Shown here: positions 26,744 through 37,825 of the stretch, one piece after another
Layout of the letters: each line of letters starts with the position of its first letter
How positions within the stretch are numbered: the stretch's first letter is position 1
DNA from: Macrostomum hystrix
Taxonomy: Eukaryota; Animalia; Platyhelminthes
NCBI GenBank assembly: GCA_950097015.1
Contig: CATNEN010000011.1
Coordinates: 6,448,001-6,512,000, forward strand
DNA: 64,000 nt
Direction of reading: 5' to 3'
Program-made: the position numbers and the translations under genes
Notes under the pieces: generated by a model
What the model saw: the letters and a program-made list of their open reading frames with translations, nothing else
What the model was told of the DNA's origin: nothing
The model's database searches: none

Positions 26744-29700
26744 TGCTATCAGTGGGTGCCGCACTTTGTTGGAACTGAAGCAATGTGGAATCTTATGAAG
26801 TGTGTCTGGCTTATTAAAGATTCGAACTTCAGACCCTGAAACTTACATTCCAAGAATCAAGAGCATCATTCTGGGCCAAGTCGCGCAGACAGAGCGACAA
26901 CAGAGTCGCCGTATTGGTAGCGGCCGCAATTGTACCAACTCGCCGCTCACAAGACTCCTCCTCGTCCTCGCCTTCGTCGTCACTCTCCTCGCCGCTATCG
27001 CCGCCCGCGTTGTCAACTTCATCCTCTTCGTCTTCTTCTTCATCTTCGTCATCCTGCAGCCGGCCCAGTGACAGAGGCTCGACATCAGGCGGGCGAGCGG
27101 CCTGCACTGAGCGCCTAGGCAATGGCAGCTCCCACGGCTGCAAATCATCGTCAGCATCATCTTGACTACTGGCTTTGCTGCCGAGCCAGTCGATTGGCGC
27201 TTCTTCAGCTTGGTGTGGTTCAGTCACCTGAACCTCTTCAGCTTGGTGTGGTTCAGTCACCTGAACCTCTTCAGCTTGGTTTGTTTCAGTCACCTGAACC
27301 TCTTCAGCTTGGTTTGTTTCAGTCACCTGAACCTCTTCAGCTTGGTGTGGTTCAGTCACCTGAACTTCTTCAGGTTGGTGTGGTTCAGTCACCTGAACCT
27401 CTTCAGCTTGGTGTGGTTCAGTCATTTGAACTTCATCAGCTTGGTGTGGTTCAGTCACCTGAACTTCTTCAGCTTGGTGTGGTTCAGCCACCTGAACTTC
27501 TTCAGCTTGGTGTGGTTCAGTCACCTGAACTTCATCAGCTTGGTGTGGTTCAGTCACCTGAACTTCTTCAGCTTGGTGTGGTTCAGAAACCTCAACTTCA
27601 TCAGCTTGGTGTGGTTCAGTCACCTGAACTTCTTCAGCTTGGTGTCGTTCAGAAACCTCAACTTCATCAGCTTGGTGTGGTTCAGTCACCTGAACTTCTT
27701 CAGCTTGGTCTGGTTCAGTTACCTGAACCTTTTCAGCTTGGTGTGGTTCAGTCACCTGAACTTCTTCAGCTTGGTGTGGTTCAGTCACCTGAACTTCTTC
27801 AGCTTGGTGTGGTTCAGTCACCTGAACCTCTTCAGCTTGGTGTGGTTCAGTAATTTGAACTTCATTAGCTTGGTGTGGTTCAGTAATTTGAACTTCATTA
27901 GCTTGGTGTGGTTCAGTCATTTGAACTTCATTAGCTTGGTGTGGTTCAGTCATTTGAACTTCATTAGCTTGGTGTGCTTCAGTCACCTGAACTTCTTCAG
28001 CTTGGTGTGCTTCAGTCACCTGAACTTCTTCAGCTTGGTGTGCTTCAGTCACCTGAACTTCTTCAGCTTGGTGTGGTTCAGTCACCTGAACTTCTTCAGC
28101 TTGGTGTGGTTCAGTCACCTGAACTTCTTCAGCTTGGTGTGGTTCAGTCACCTGAACCTCTTCAGCTTGGTGTGGTTCAGTAATTTGAACTTCATTAGCT
28201 TGGTGTGGTTCAGTCATTTGAACTTCATTAGCTTGGTGTGGTTCAGTCACCTGAACTTCTTCAGCTTGGTGTGGTTCAGTCACCTGAACTTCTTCAGCTT
28301 GGTAACTAAAAAAGTGAAAGTTTTAACAAGTCAAATCCGATATGTTTTGTGTTCAATACCCCTAAAAGACATATATTGCATTTTAAACTAATAATGCTTG
28401 CTCACCCAGTCGCATCATGTGACGCCATTATCACCTCATCTAAAATGCCACTGAGCATATGCTCAACATTGGATTCAATCAGAACAGTGTCATTTAGATT
28501 TGATTGGCTAGGAGTTTCATTAGCAATCACTGGGCTGGGCAGTGACGCACTAGTTGCTGTGGCATTCGACTAGAATGGAATTAAAATTGTAGTAAAGTTA
28601 ATTGTCAAAAATGGATAATAAAACAAAATTTATAAATTGTCTGGGATACAAAAAATCTTTCTTATCTAATTCAAAACATAAATTGTTTTGCAATTAAACT
28701 GCAAGACTGCAAGACACATTACACAGACTCTTATTTGGTGTTTAATATGGTCACCTACAGGCATTAAGGAGGCAACACTACTCTGCCTAACTTTCTGCGT
28801 AAGGAAAAATTGACATATAACCACAGACTTATGTACAAGGTATGCACATACATGTCTACATCTATTCAGACTTTTTTTCATTCTAATTTTTAATTGAACA
28901 TTCATTAGGCTAACATAAATTGCAAATGGCCTTTTGTCTGAGGCAATTTGATAGATTCAAGCTTAAGGACCTTCGTGCAAAGTTCTGTGGTATGTACTAG
29001 CTATTGTTAGGCTACATACTCACCAAAAATATGTTAAGTTCCCCCAAAAATAGTTCATCCACTAGTCTTAGAAACAGAAGTCCAATATTTTATATTGTCC
29101 TTTGGATAACTAGCTAGTGCAAGCAAAAATATGTAGCAAAAAATAACTTGGCCTATTGTTAAAAATTAACAATAGGATACAAAAAATACAAAAAATAATA
29201 TTTTTAACAATTTTATTGTTAAAAATTAAATCAATAGCCAAGGCCTAAATATTTGTTTAACTTAAAAATATTGATTTTAATAAGCAACCCTACAGTCTAC
29301 TGTCACTATCTAGAATATAGATTATAGAATTTGATAGCTACCTAGTTTGGCTGCCTGGCTTATTATTACAAGAAAAGTCATGACAAACTAATTGCTCATA
29401 TTGCATAGCTTTGTTGTAGGCCTACTTTTCTGCAAAAAAACGAATTGTACAGATTAACATATTATTACGCTAGACAAAGACAAAAGGAACGGAAGTTTTT
29501 TTAAGCTAGCAACGACGTTGACACAGGCCAGTGCCCAGTTCGAGAAAAAAAAGTAAAACGAAGAACAAAAATATAATACTGATAAAAACAAATTATTCTG
29601 CACCCAAATTATGGAATCTCGATGAAATAGGGTAAACATATGTAAACTATCGTAACTAATGAAATATAATTCAAAAAACATAGGGGCCTAATGTCTAATC

Positions 29701-29942
29701 CACATCTATGAGAATTCGCCAAAGCAATGTTAACGAAAATATGCCATTCTAGGAAATTCTATTAAGGAGAATTCTATTGGGGACAATAGTGTACAGTTAA
29801 AACTAAAATTGTAGTATTGCTTTCAGCATGAATTACTTATAGCAAAATAAGTATTTCCATACATTAAAAAATCTAAATTTTGTGTAGCAAAGTCGTTGTT
29901 TTTACTTCGTATATTATCACGTGTGCTTACGTGGACATTCAT
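26733..29942 (-). CDS. Putative spliced acidic low-complexity ORF (~558 aa) with ~33 copies of an 11-aa repeat (TEPHQAEEVQV); probably the N-terminal part of the PTP gene or an upstream cistron
   Basis: Phase-consistent chain: 29942-29931 (MNVH|gtaagc), 28569-28406 (SNATATS..HDATG|gtgagc, phase 2), 28305-26847 (repeat plus D/E-rich segment, |gtaagt), 26774-26733 (FQQSAAPTDSNAP*). The first micro-exon is the weakest part. Confidence 0.55.
27203..28300. repeat. 33-bp minisatellite inside an open acidic reading frame
   Basis: ttcagcttggtgtggttcagtcacctgaacttc unit. Confidence 0.95.
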
Positions 29943-30070
29943 GATTATTTAAATGGCGATTTGTCATTCTAATTTATCGTACAGTAATAATAATACTCTA
30001 GTTGCGAACTTGCGCTTAACTTGTTTCAAGGTAACTAACTAGCATACAACGAAGTAACTCTGCTGCCGAA

Positions 30071-30703
30071 ATGCGACTACAGTCGACATCCATCATTCTT
30101 TCTATTTTAGTCTTGGCATTAACTAACTCTTTTGGCTTTGCCGAAGAAGACTACTACGAGCTCCTTGGGGTAAAAAAAACGGCGACACAGCAAGAAATAA
30201 AGAAAGCTTTTCGAAAATTGGCCTTAAAGTTTCATCCTGACAAAATCAAAACGAAAAACGAAAAACAAAGAAAGGAGGCTGAGGAGAAATTTGTAAAGAT
30301 TGCTGCAGCATACGAGGTATTGTCGAACGAAGAAAAACGTCGCCAATACGATGCCGGAGGTGAGAGCGGCTTTGCTGGCGCTCATGACTTCAGTGGAGGA
30401 AACGCACATGACTTCTTCCAGAGTTTCTTTAGTCAAGCATCAAATAGTCACGGACATCATCACGGACACCACTTTGACATGAATTTTAACGACATTTTTG
30501 GCGACGACTTTTTTAATAATCACTTCAACGATCATTTTGGAAATCATTTCGGTCAGCAAGACAGTTTCTTTGGCAGCAATGAGCCTCAGCAGTTTCATAG
30601 CCAGGTGTTTCAAGAAACGACCTTTGGCGACGGTAACCAGAACTGCAAGACGATAACAAAGAAGTCTGGAAATACAGTTATGACACAGACTATTTGTAAT
30701 TAA
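30071..30703 (+). CDS. DNAJB9: DnaJ homolog subfamily B member 9 (ERdj4), single exon
   Basis: Signal peptide, J domain ([20 protein letters not shown]), G/F-rich region, C-terminal [18 protein letters not shown] resembling the DNAJB9 tail. Confidence 0.9.
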   Translation: MRLQSTSIILSILVLALTNSFGFAEEDYYELLGVKKTATQQEIKKAFRKLALKFHPDKIKTKNEKQRKEAEEKFVKIAAAYEVLSNEEKRRQYDAGGESGFAGAHDFSGGNAHDFFQSFFSQASNSHGHHHGHHFDMNFNDIFGDDFFNNHFNDHFGNHFGQQDSFFGSNEPQQFHSQVFQETTFGDGNQNCKTITKKSGNTVMTQTICN

Positions 30704-32694
30704 TTCGGTTCGGAACGCGTTTTCTCGATTATTCGATTTTCAAGGTAACTGCTATTGAAGTGTTTTTTTCTTTTTTTTCTTCTTTTTCATGCCAAGATTT
30801 CGCGGGCATTTTCAGCATCGAATTGCACTAATAAAACTGGTGTTCTCGTATTTTTATGTCTCATTTCATGGTGAATATTTTGTATTGCTTTTTGTGTTGC
30901 ATATTCTACATAATAGTATACCATTATATAGTACATTGTGCCATAATCGGAGCGATAAGAATTAGAATTAAAATAATAAATTGCTGGTTGTTCGGAAGAT
31001 AACATTTCATATGGTGGAATTTTTTGTAAACAAGCATTTTTATTTAAAGAGTTATTAAAATATGAGTAAAGTTAATCAGTTATTTTATGAAATCTTAGTC
31101 TATAAAAGGTATAGCTATAGAAAAATAACATTTGATCCTACAGTTCAGACAATTTACTATACAAACATACTTAGCAATTCGATTTTTCTGTTTAAAAACT
31201 TTTTCTGCAATGCCTGTTTCAATCATTTTGTTTTTCATTACTGATATCCAGATTTTACTGTTGTTCAACAAATAAATTTAAATTTGTCTGATCTTCCAAA
31301 ACCGCTCAAATTAATTTGTCTGAGACATGTTGTATATGACTGCACAGTTTGTTCTAGATTATGTGATAAATTTGTAAAAAAATAAGATTAGATCCGTTGT
31401 TAATACATTGCTTTCATCTACATAACATGCCTTCGTTATGAATTTTGTGCCCCAAATAAACATCAATTTAAGTCTTGCCGTTCCTAAATATCCATTTGAA
31501 ACTTTTATTCTCGCATTAATTTAGTTTTTCATTTGTTTTTCAATGGGCTGCTAGTGGATTGTACTTGTCGGATTCTCAAACTAAGTGAGATCCATGAGCT
31601 CGATTCTGCAGTGAGGTCACCGAAATTTTGCGATGGTGCTTGTGAGGCAAGCCTTTATTTTTTGGTTAGGATTAATGTGGTTGAGCATTTTTACTGCATT
31701 ACAACAATTGAGGTGAAAGAGAGAATTTCTCCCTCGCTAGGTCTGTTACTGCTGTTACTGCATCCACACCTGCTAGATTAATGTATCTTCCGTCCGTGAA
31801 TTTACTGTAGATTAAGAAAAATTCATATTGTTACCGTATATATACTTCAATGCCGAATCCATATTGGTTAAAAAGAACAGTACAATAAACAATATAAAAA
31901 GAACTATAGTCAACAATGATAGCCGACATGATTACATGCTGAATTTTTTTGCACAGAAAAATTAAGCCTATATATAATTCGTGGTTCTTGCCACCAGCAG
32001 ATTCTCCGACTAGAATCGTAGCTAAACATCTCGACGATACAGACGTTTTGTGACTCTGGAAGTTTTGTTTCATCGGATAAAGTGAAAAGTTTAGCCCGTG
32101 TTCTGGATTTGCATGACGATTGGTTTAATATTTTAGGAGATACAGAAAAAATGCGGGAAAAATGCAGAAAATATGTGAATGCCCAGATATTTTTACTACT
32201 CTTAAGTATAACAGGAAAGTTTTGTCTTCCTGTTACCTTCTGCTACAGCAACGGAGAGATAAACGCTCCACGGGCCAGAGGCCCGTTTCTGTGTGGACTC
32301 CGGAGTCACATGAAAAGCGGCAGCCTAGCTCTGCCTCTCGCTTCCATGGTGTATTTAAATTCAAGCAGCGCGCACAACAGAGGCAGAATGGGAAGAGAGG
32401 GAGAAACGCTGGGAGATTGCTAACACAGGGGCAGCTGTTTCTTTGTCCCACACGAACACGCTCCCCAGCGAACGCCCGCCGAACTTCTTCCTCCCATTCC
32501 TGGGCCGTATCGATCCACGGACGCCGATCGTCGTGTACGCGAATCATGTGAGCCATGCAAATACAATGTTCTGAAGCGTATTTGCAAGGCTTACATTAAG
32601 GAATGTGAAAATTTCATTCTTAGCTTTCGAGTTACCGCTCATTTTCGTGCAACACGTAGTCAAAGTCCATAATTTAGTGACACTATAATAGGCT

Positions 32695-33016
32695 CGCAGG
32701 CAGCGAGGAGACGCAATTCTATATCTGCCTATTTCGTTGACTCCTGAGCACACACGCACTCACACAGATACGGACGCAGGCACATGCTCACACAGGTGTA
32801 CATCTGCCCTGACTTTTCTCATCGTCAGGCAGTTTACACTCTCTCTCACTACTGTGCCTTGGATGTTGGCCCTTAATTGCATAAATTGCACGACAAGCCC
32901 CCAAGCCTTCTCTCCGCGGCTGCGTCCCAAATGAATGTGGCCTCGCCGTAGAATCGAACTTATAGGGACCGTATTGCGAGAAGCAAACGCGATACCCGCT
33001 CTGCCACCGACCCCCC
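32695..33016 (-). mobile_element. tRNA-derived SINE, same family
   Basis: Shares ctgactcctgagcacacacgcac, aattgcacgacaagcccccaagccttctctccgcggctgcg and ccgctctgccaccgaccccc with the 62690-63037 copy. Confidence 0.75.
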
Positions 33017-33564
33017 AGGCTCATGATTGTTTCAGAACTTCAGAATCTTTAGCGCGAGGCTGCAATTTGCTAGCTTGAGCACAGCTGTGCGCATTTAGCG
33101 CAGTTAAAATTGTTTAAAAAGAAGCGAAGATAAAATATACCATATTTCTTTTCTGCACACCCAATACGTGTTTAGTCCAATGACTGGGTTGATGCAACAC
33201 CGTCCATCGACCTAACCTAAACAGCTGGATGATCGAACTATAAATTTCTTGCCAAAGGACGCATGTCGTTCCAGTACGTGGTCGGGAAACAAACATCAGC
33301 CTTAAAGATTTTCTTTTCGAAATTTGAACGGGTGGTGCAAAACTATTTTCTAACCGCACAAAAATAATAATTGGACCTAGCTCGGTTCCTATTTTAATGT
33401 GGCACTTACAGCACAATTAATATATGGATGCATGCTTTTATAGCGGTCAAATTTTAGGTCTGGGGTGGCAGTTGATACCGTTCGCAATCTATACCTACGG
33501 TTTCCTATTCTAAACAAGTATGTAGAGGTACATCATTAAAGAAGAAATTGTGGTATCTGGGTTG

Positions 33565-33792
33565 TGTTGTATGTGAGGCAGCGTGGCCAAATGAAGAACG
33601 GAGCACTGGGTTAGAAGGTTGGAAAAAACGCGAGCCCTCCAAAGGCCTGTGCGCACTAATATATATTTTAGCCAGTCAGAGTAAACAACAACCCCCCGTC
33701 CCGGCCTAGACCGGTTCGGATGGACCGACCCCCCAGCCAATCAAAATGCGCCACGCGCACTCTAAGGCGGCATGCAAGCCGCATACACAACA
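33565..33792 (-). repeat. 3' LTR (228 bp)
   Basis: tgttgtatgtgagg...catacacaaca. Confidence 0.97.
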
Positions 33793-33803
33793 TCACCCCC
33801 TTC
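33793..33803 (-). promoter_or_regulatory. Polypurine tract
   Basis: GAAGGGGGTGA on the minus strand immediately before the 3' LTR. Confidence 0.7.
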
Positions 33804-33889
33804 GAAAAGGAAAAGGGGATTAACGCATGGGGAAAAACAACAGTCCATTGGTGCGCAAAGTTCAACAGTTATTCCAAGCAAACTGCACA

Positions 33890-36800
33890 TCAACTCGGGC
33901 TGAACCGATTAGGTGGTCTCCGGATCCGGCTGCCCCGCCTGGGCTGTGGCAGCGGCGTCTCGTTGCCCGCCGGCAGCCTCACCGGTGGGTCTGGCCATGG
34001 TATCGGCGCCATCAGTGCGCCGAGTCCAACGTCGGCCGCACCATTGTCCGCCGCTGGTGCACTGGGGACGCTGACAAGGTTATCGGAGTGCCATCGCGAG
34101 CCGTCGTCGAGCAGCCAGGACTCGGGGCCCAGCCGCCGAATGATTTGCCGAACGTCGCCCAGCCGTGTCGCCAGCTTGTGAGCATTCTGTGGCCGGCGAA
34201 CGCGCACGGTGTCGCCAGCCTGCAGTCGTGAAGGTCGGGCGCCTCGACGACGATCGGTGGCTAGCCTGGCCTTCTCCTTGTTGGCTTGGACTCGCCGCTC
34301 TGTGGCCTCCGCTGATGTAGCTTTCGATGTCGGCTGGCGGATGCCTTGGCTCCACTGGTTGAGTGGCCCTCGGAGCGGCCGGTTGATCATCAGCTCGGCA
34401 GGCGTCAGGCCCGTGGTCGCATTCGCCGTTGACCGGTAGCACTGCAGAAACTCGCGGACCGCCTCCTTGAAGCTGATGCCGTCCTTGAGATGGGCCTTCA
34501 GCGACTCCTTCAGCGTACGGTTGAGCCTCTCGACATTTGAGTTCGACTGCGGATGGTACAGCGAAGTCTTGATATGCTGCACGCCTCGGCCGGCCAGGAA
34601 CTCCTCGAATGCGTGGCTAGTGAACTGGGGCCCGTTGTCGGTCACAATCTTGGATGGCAGCCCCCATCGAGCGAACATATCTTTGAGGAAGTCGACGATA
34701 ACTTCCGTAGTCACCGAAGTCGCAGTTCGAAGCTCGGGCCACTTAGAGTGCAGGTCGATGGCCACGATCGCGAACCGGCTGCTGCCCGGAGCCTCGTGGA
34801 TCTCGCCGAAAATGTCCAGCTGAATCGTGTGCCACGGCTCTTTCGGCCACTCAGTCACCTGCGCTGGAGCGGCGGGTCGCTTCCACTTCTCTGCGAGGCA
34901 GCAGCTGATACAGGACTTGGCCATTGTCTCCAGTTGAGCGTCTATTCCTGGCCACCAGACGGTGTCGCGGGCTCGGTGCTTCATCTTGACGATGCCGCAG
35001 TGCCCCTGGTGGATCAGTGCCAGTGCCGTAGCGCGCAAGCTCTCGGGCACGACTGCGCGATTACCGCGAACCAGGAAGTTGCCGATTGTTGACATTTCGT
35101 CGCTGAGCTTGAAGAAGATTTTCTCCTCTTCGGTTGGCGGCACCTTCCAGCCGGAACGCAGCTTCGCGGAGACGGTGGTGATAAGCGGGTCGTCCTTGGA
35201 GTGCTTGTCCAGTAGCTCGGCTGACAGGACGCCGTCAAGCACCTGGTGGATGTCGGCCATCTGTAGGTCGTCGCCATCGCCGTCGGATGAGTCAGGTGGC
35301 CTCTCGCGGCGCGACAGAAAGTCAGGGACGACATTGTCCTTTCCTGGCTTGTACTCGACAATGTAGTTGTACTGCAGGAGCCGGTCGTTCCATCGGTGGA
35401 TGCGTAGCGGCTTGTGTCCGGTGCCCTGGGTGCACAGCAGCGCCTTCAGCGCCGAATGGTCGGTGCGCAGAGTCAGCCGTCTGCCGTAGGTGTAGATGTG
35501 CCACCGCTCGAGGGCCCAGATGCACGCCAGAGCCTCCTTCTCGCTTGCCGAATACCGGGACTCCGTCGGTGTCAGTGCTCGCGATGCGTAGGCGACCGGC
35601 TTCTCCGAATCACCGACGCGTTGGAGCAGCACCGCACCAAGCGCGTAGTCGGAGGCGTCGCACTCAACGATGGTCTCGGCGTTGCAGTCGAAGTGGCTGA
35701 GCACCGGCGGGCTCGTCAGCTGTCGCTTGAGCTCAACAAAAGCTGTGTCGCACTCGCTCGTCCAGCGGAAAACGGAGTCTTTCTTGAGCAGCTCTCGCAG
35801 CGGCCTCGCAGTCTTGGCGAAGTCGGGGATGAACTTAGCGAAGTAGTTGACGGTTGCCAGGAACGAAGAAACGGCTCGTGCTGTTGTCGGTGCCGGGATG
35901 CTGAGCACGTCCTCGACATTGGATTTGGACGGTCGAACTCCGTCGGCAGAGATCCTGCAGCCCAGGAAGATGATCTCCGGGACGCCGATCTGACACTTCT
36001 CCCTGTTCAACGTCAACCCGTTGTCGCTCAGTCGTTGGAGTACCGCTAGGAGTCGCTCGTTGTGCTCATCGGAGTTGACGCCGTGAATGACGATGTCGTC
36101 CACCGAGTGTCGGACACCCTTGATGTCGGCCAGGATCGTTGACAGGATTTTCTGGAAGCAGGCGCCGGAACTGGACATGCCGAATGGGACTCTCGTGAAC
36201 TGGTAGAGACCACAGTGAGTGATGAACGCAGTCAGCTGCCTGCTGCCTGGGTGCAGCGGGATTTGAAGGTAGCTCTGCTTCAGGTCCAGCTTGGTGAACA
36301 CCTGGGCGCCCGCGAACTCGGCGGCCAGCTCCTCCTGCGTTGGCACGGGGAACTTGTCTGGGTTGATGGCCTGGTTGCAGTTTCGCAGGTCGACGCAGAG
36401 TCGCAGGTCGCCGTTCTTCTTCTTGGAGACGACCAAGTTCGACACCCAAGGAGACGCGTCGATCTTCTCTATGATACCTGCGGCCTCCATCTTATTCAGT
36501 TCGTCCTTCACGCGGTCCTGCAGCGCAAGTGGCACCCGGCGCAGCGGCTCGACCGTTGGCGTCGCATCCTGGCGCAGCAGCGGCCTGTGGCAGAACTTCT
36601 TGGCCATGCCGATGCCGTTGAAGATGCGTGGGAACTCCTCTGCGATGTCTTCGACGCTGCTGATCGTGTTGACTCGGATCGAGAAACCCAGCTTTTCCAT
36701 GCCGTCGATACCAAGGATGTTGGCACCTCGTCGAGTGATGAAGAATCGGCAGACCGCAGACTTGCCATGGTGCGCGACGCGCAGCTCGGCCGTCCCCAGA

Positions 36801-37825
36801 ACCTCGATTGCTGATCCGGTGTAAGAGAACAGCTGCTTGTGGGTCGGCGTGATGACAAGTTGCTTCGGAAGTCGCTTTACGGTCTTCTCGTTGATGATGT
36901 TGACCCTTGAGCCAGTGTCCAACAAGAGTTTGACGTCGATTTCGGCGATGCTGCAGTTTACAAAGCTTAAAAGAGATGCGTCACCCTGAACTGCAGACAC
37001 CTCGAATGGCTCATTGTCATCGTCGTCATCCTTGACGGTGCGGACCTTACGTCGCTGTCGGCAACATGACTTAAAATGACCGACCCGGTGGCAGTGCAGG
37101 CAGGACTTGTCCTTCGCTGGACACTCAAGGGCGCGGGCGGCGTGCCCAGCCATTCCGCAGTTGCCGCATCGCGCGTCCGAGCTAGATTTCTGCGGCATCA
37201 CATGCTTGGGTCCCTTGCGTGGCGGACGCTGGCTGATCTTCTGGATGCGGGACTCCAACTCCTTGTCGTTCTTGCCGTCGCGCAGGTTCTTGGCGTCGTT
37301 GATGGCGGATTCAACTTGAATCGCTAGGGCTGTGGCTGTCTCCAGCTCGAGCACCTTCTCCATGAGCAGTCGCTCTCTGATGCGCGGCGAATGGGTCTTC
37401 TCGATGATCTGGTCCCTGATCATCTGGTCTTGAAGAGCGCCGTATTCGCAGTCTGCTGCGAGTTCGCGAAGGGCGTCAACGAACCGGCTGATCGGCTCGC
37501 CAGGCATCTGGGCGCGTGACTTGAATCTGTAGCGGTTGCTGATGGTGCTATGCGACTGGCCGAAGATCGTCTTTAGCTCTTTCACCAGCTTGTCGAAGGT
37601 GTCGACGTTAGCAGTTGGCAGATTCCTCAGCGTGTAGATTCGCTGGCCCTCCTCGCCAAGAAGATGGATGAGAATCGCCTTCTTGCGTGCGTCCGATGCT
37701 TCGTTAAGGTCCAAGGCCTCCAGGTAGATCTTGAATCCTTCGATCCAACGATTCCAAGGCGTGTGTGGCTGTCCTGGGTGGGCGAGAAACACGCGTGGCT
37801 CGGAAATGCTCAGGCTCGTCGCCAT
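33890..37825 (-). CDS. Gag-Pol polyprotein, 1311 aa (Gag with two zinc knuckles, protease, RT, RNase H, integrase)
   Basis: CGNCGMAGH..C and CLHCHRVGHFKSC knuckles; LLDTGS protease; RT LRLCVDLR..FTKLDL..SVDD; RNase H CDASDYALG/EKEALA/TDH; integrase HxxH..CxxC, LDIF, TDNGPQF, VERLNRT; PR-RT-RH-IN order is the Gypsy order. Confidence 0.97.
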   Translation of the reverse strand: MATSLSISEPRVFLAHPGQPHTPWNRWIEGFKIYLEALDLNEASDARKKAILIHLLGEEGQRIYTLRNLPTANVDTFDKLVKELKTIFGQSHSTISNRYRFKSRAQMPGEPISRFVDALRELAADCEYGALQDQMIRDQIIEKTHSPRIRERLLMEKVLELETATALAIQVESAINDAKNLRDGKNDKELESRIQKISQRPPRKGPKHVMPQKSSSDARCGNCGMAGHAARALECPAKDKSCLHCHRVGHFKSCCRQRRKVRTVKDDDDDNEPFEVSAVQGDASLLSFVNCSIAEIDVKLLLDTGSRVNIINEKTVKRLPKQLVITPTHKQLFSYTGSAIEVLGTAELRVAHHGKSAVCRFFITRRGANILGIDGMEKLGFSIRVNTISSVEDIAEEFPRIFNGIGMAKKFCHRPLLRQDATPTVEPLRRVPLALQDRVKDELNKMEAAGIIEKIDASPWVSNLVVSKKKNGDLRLCVDLRNCNQAINPDKFPVPTQEELAAEFAGAQVFTKLDLKQSYLQIPLHPGSRQLTAFITHCGLYQFTRVPFGMSSSGACFQKILSTILADIKGVRHSVDDIVIHGVNSDEHNERLLAVLQRLSDNGLTLNREKCQIGVPEIIFLGCRISADGVRPSKSNVEDVLSIPAPTTARAVSSFLATVNYFAKFIPDFAKTARPLRELLKKDSVFRWTSECDTAFVELKRQLTSPPVLSHFDCNAETIVECDASDYALGAVLLQRVGDSEKPVAYASRALTPTESRYSASEKEALACIWALERWHIYTYGRRLTLRTDHSALKALLCTQGTGHKPLRIHRWNDRLLQYNYIVEYKPGKDNVVPDFLSRRERPPDSSDGDGDDLQMADIHQVLDGVLSAELLDKHSKDDPLITTVSAKLRSGWKVPPTEEEKIFFKLSDEMSTIGNFLVRGNRAVVPESLRATALALIHQGHCGIVKMKHRARDTVWWPGIDAQLETMAKSCISCCLAEKWKRPAAPAQVTEWPKEPWHTIQLDIFGEIHEAPGSSRFAIVAIDLHSKWPELRTATSVTTEVIVDFLKDMFARWGLPSKIVTDNGPQFTSHAFEEFLAGRGVQHIKTSLYHPQSNSNVERLNRTLKESLKAHLKDGISFKEAVREFLQCYRSTANATTGLTPAELMINRPLRGPLNQWSQGIRQPTSKATSAEATERRVQANKEKARLATDRRRGARPSRLQAGDTVRVRRPQNAHKLATRLGDVRQIIRRLGPESWLLDDGSRWHSDNLVSVPSAPAADNGAADVGLGALMAPIPWPDPPVRLPAGNETPLPQPRRGSRIRRPPNRFSPS
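37815..37824 (-). promoter_or_regulatory. Primer binding site TGGCGACGAG, complementary to a tRNA-Ser(GCU)-type 3' end
   Basis: Directly abuts the 5' LTR; complementary to ...CUCGUCGCCA, the 3' end of metazoan tRNA-Ser(GCU) (recalled, not searched). Confidence 0.8.

Noticed and set aside
31831-32073. ILVGESAGGK motif (esterase GxSxG or P-loop-like) on the minus strand
   Set aside because: No supporting neighbouring exons or other family motifs could be assembled; likely chance.
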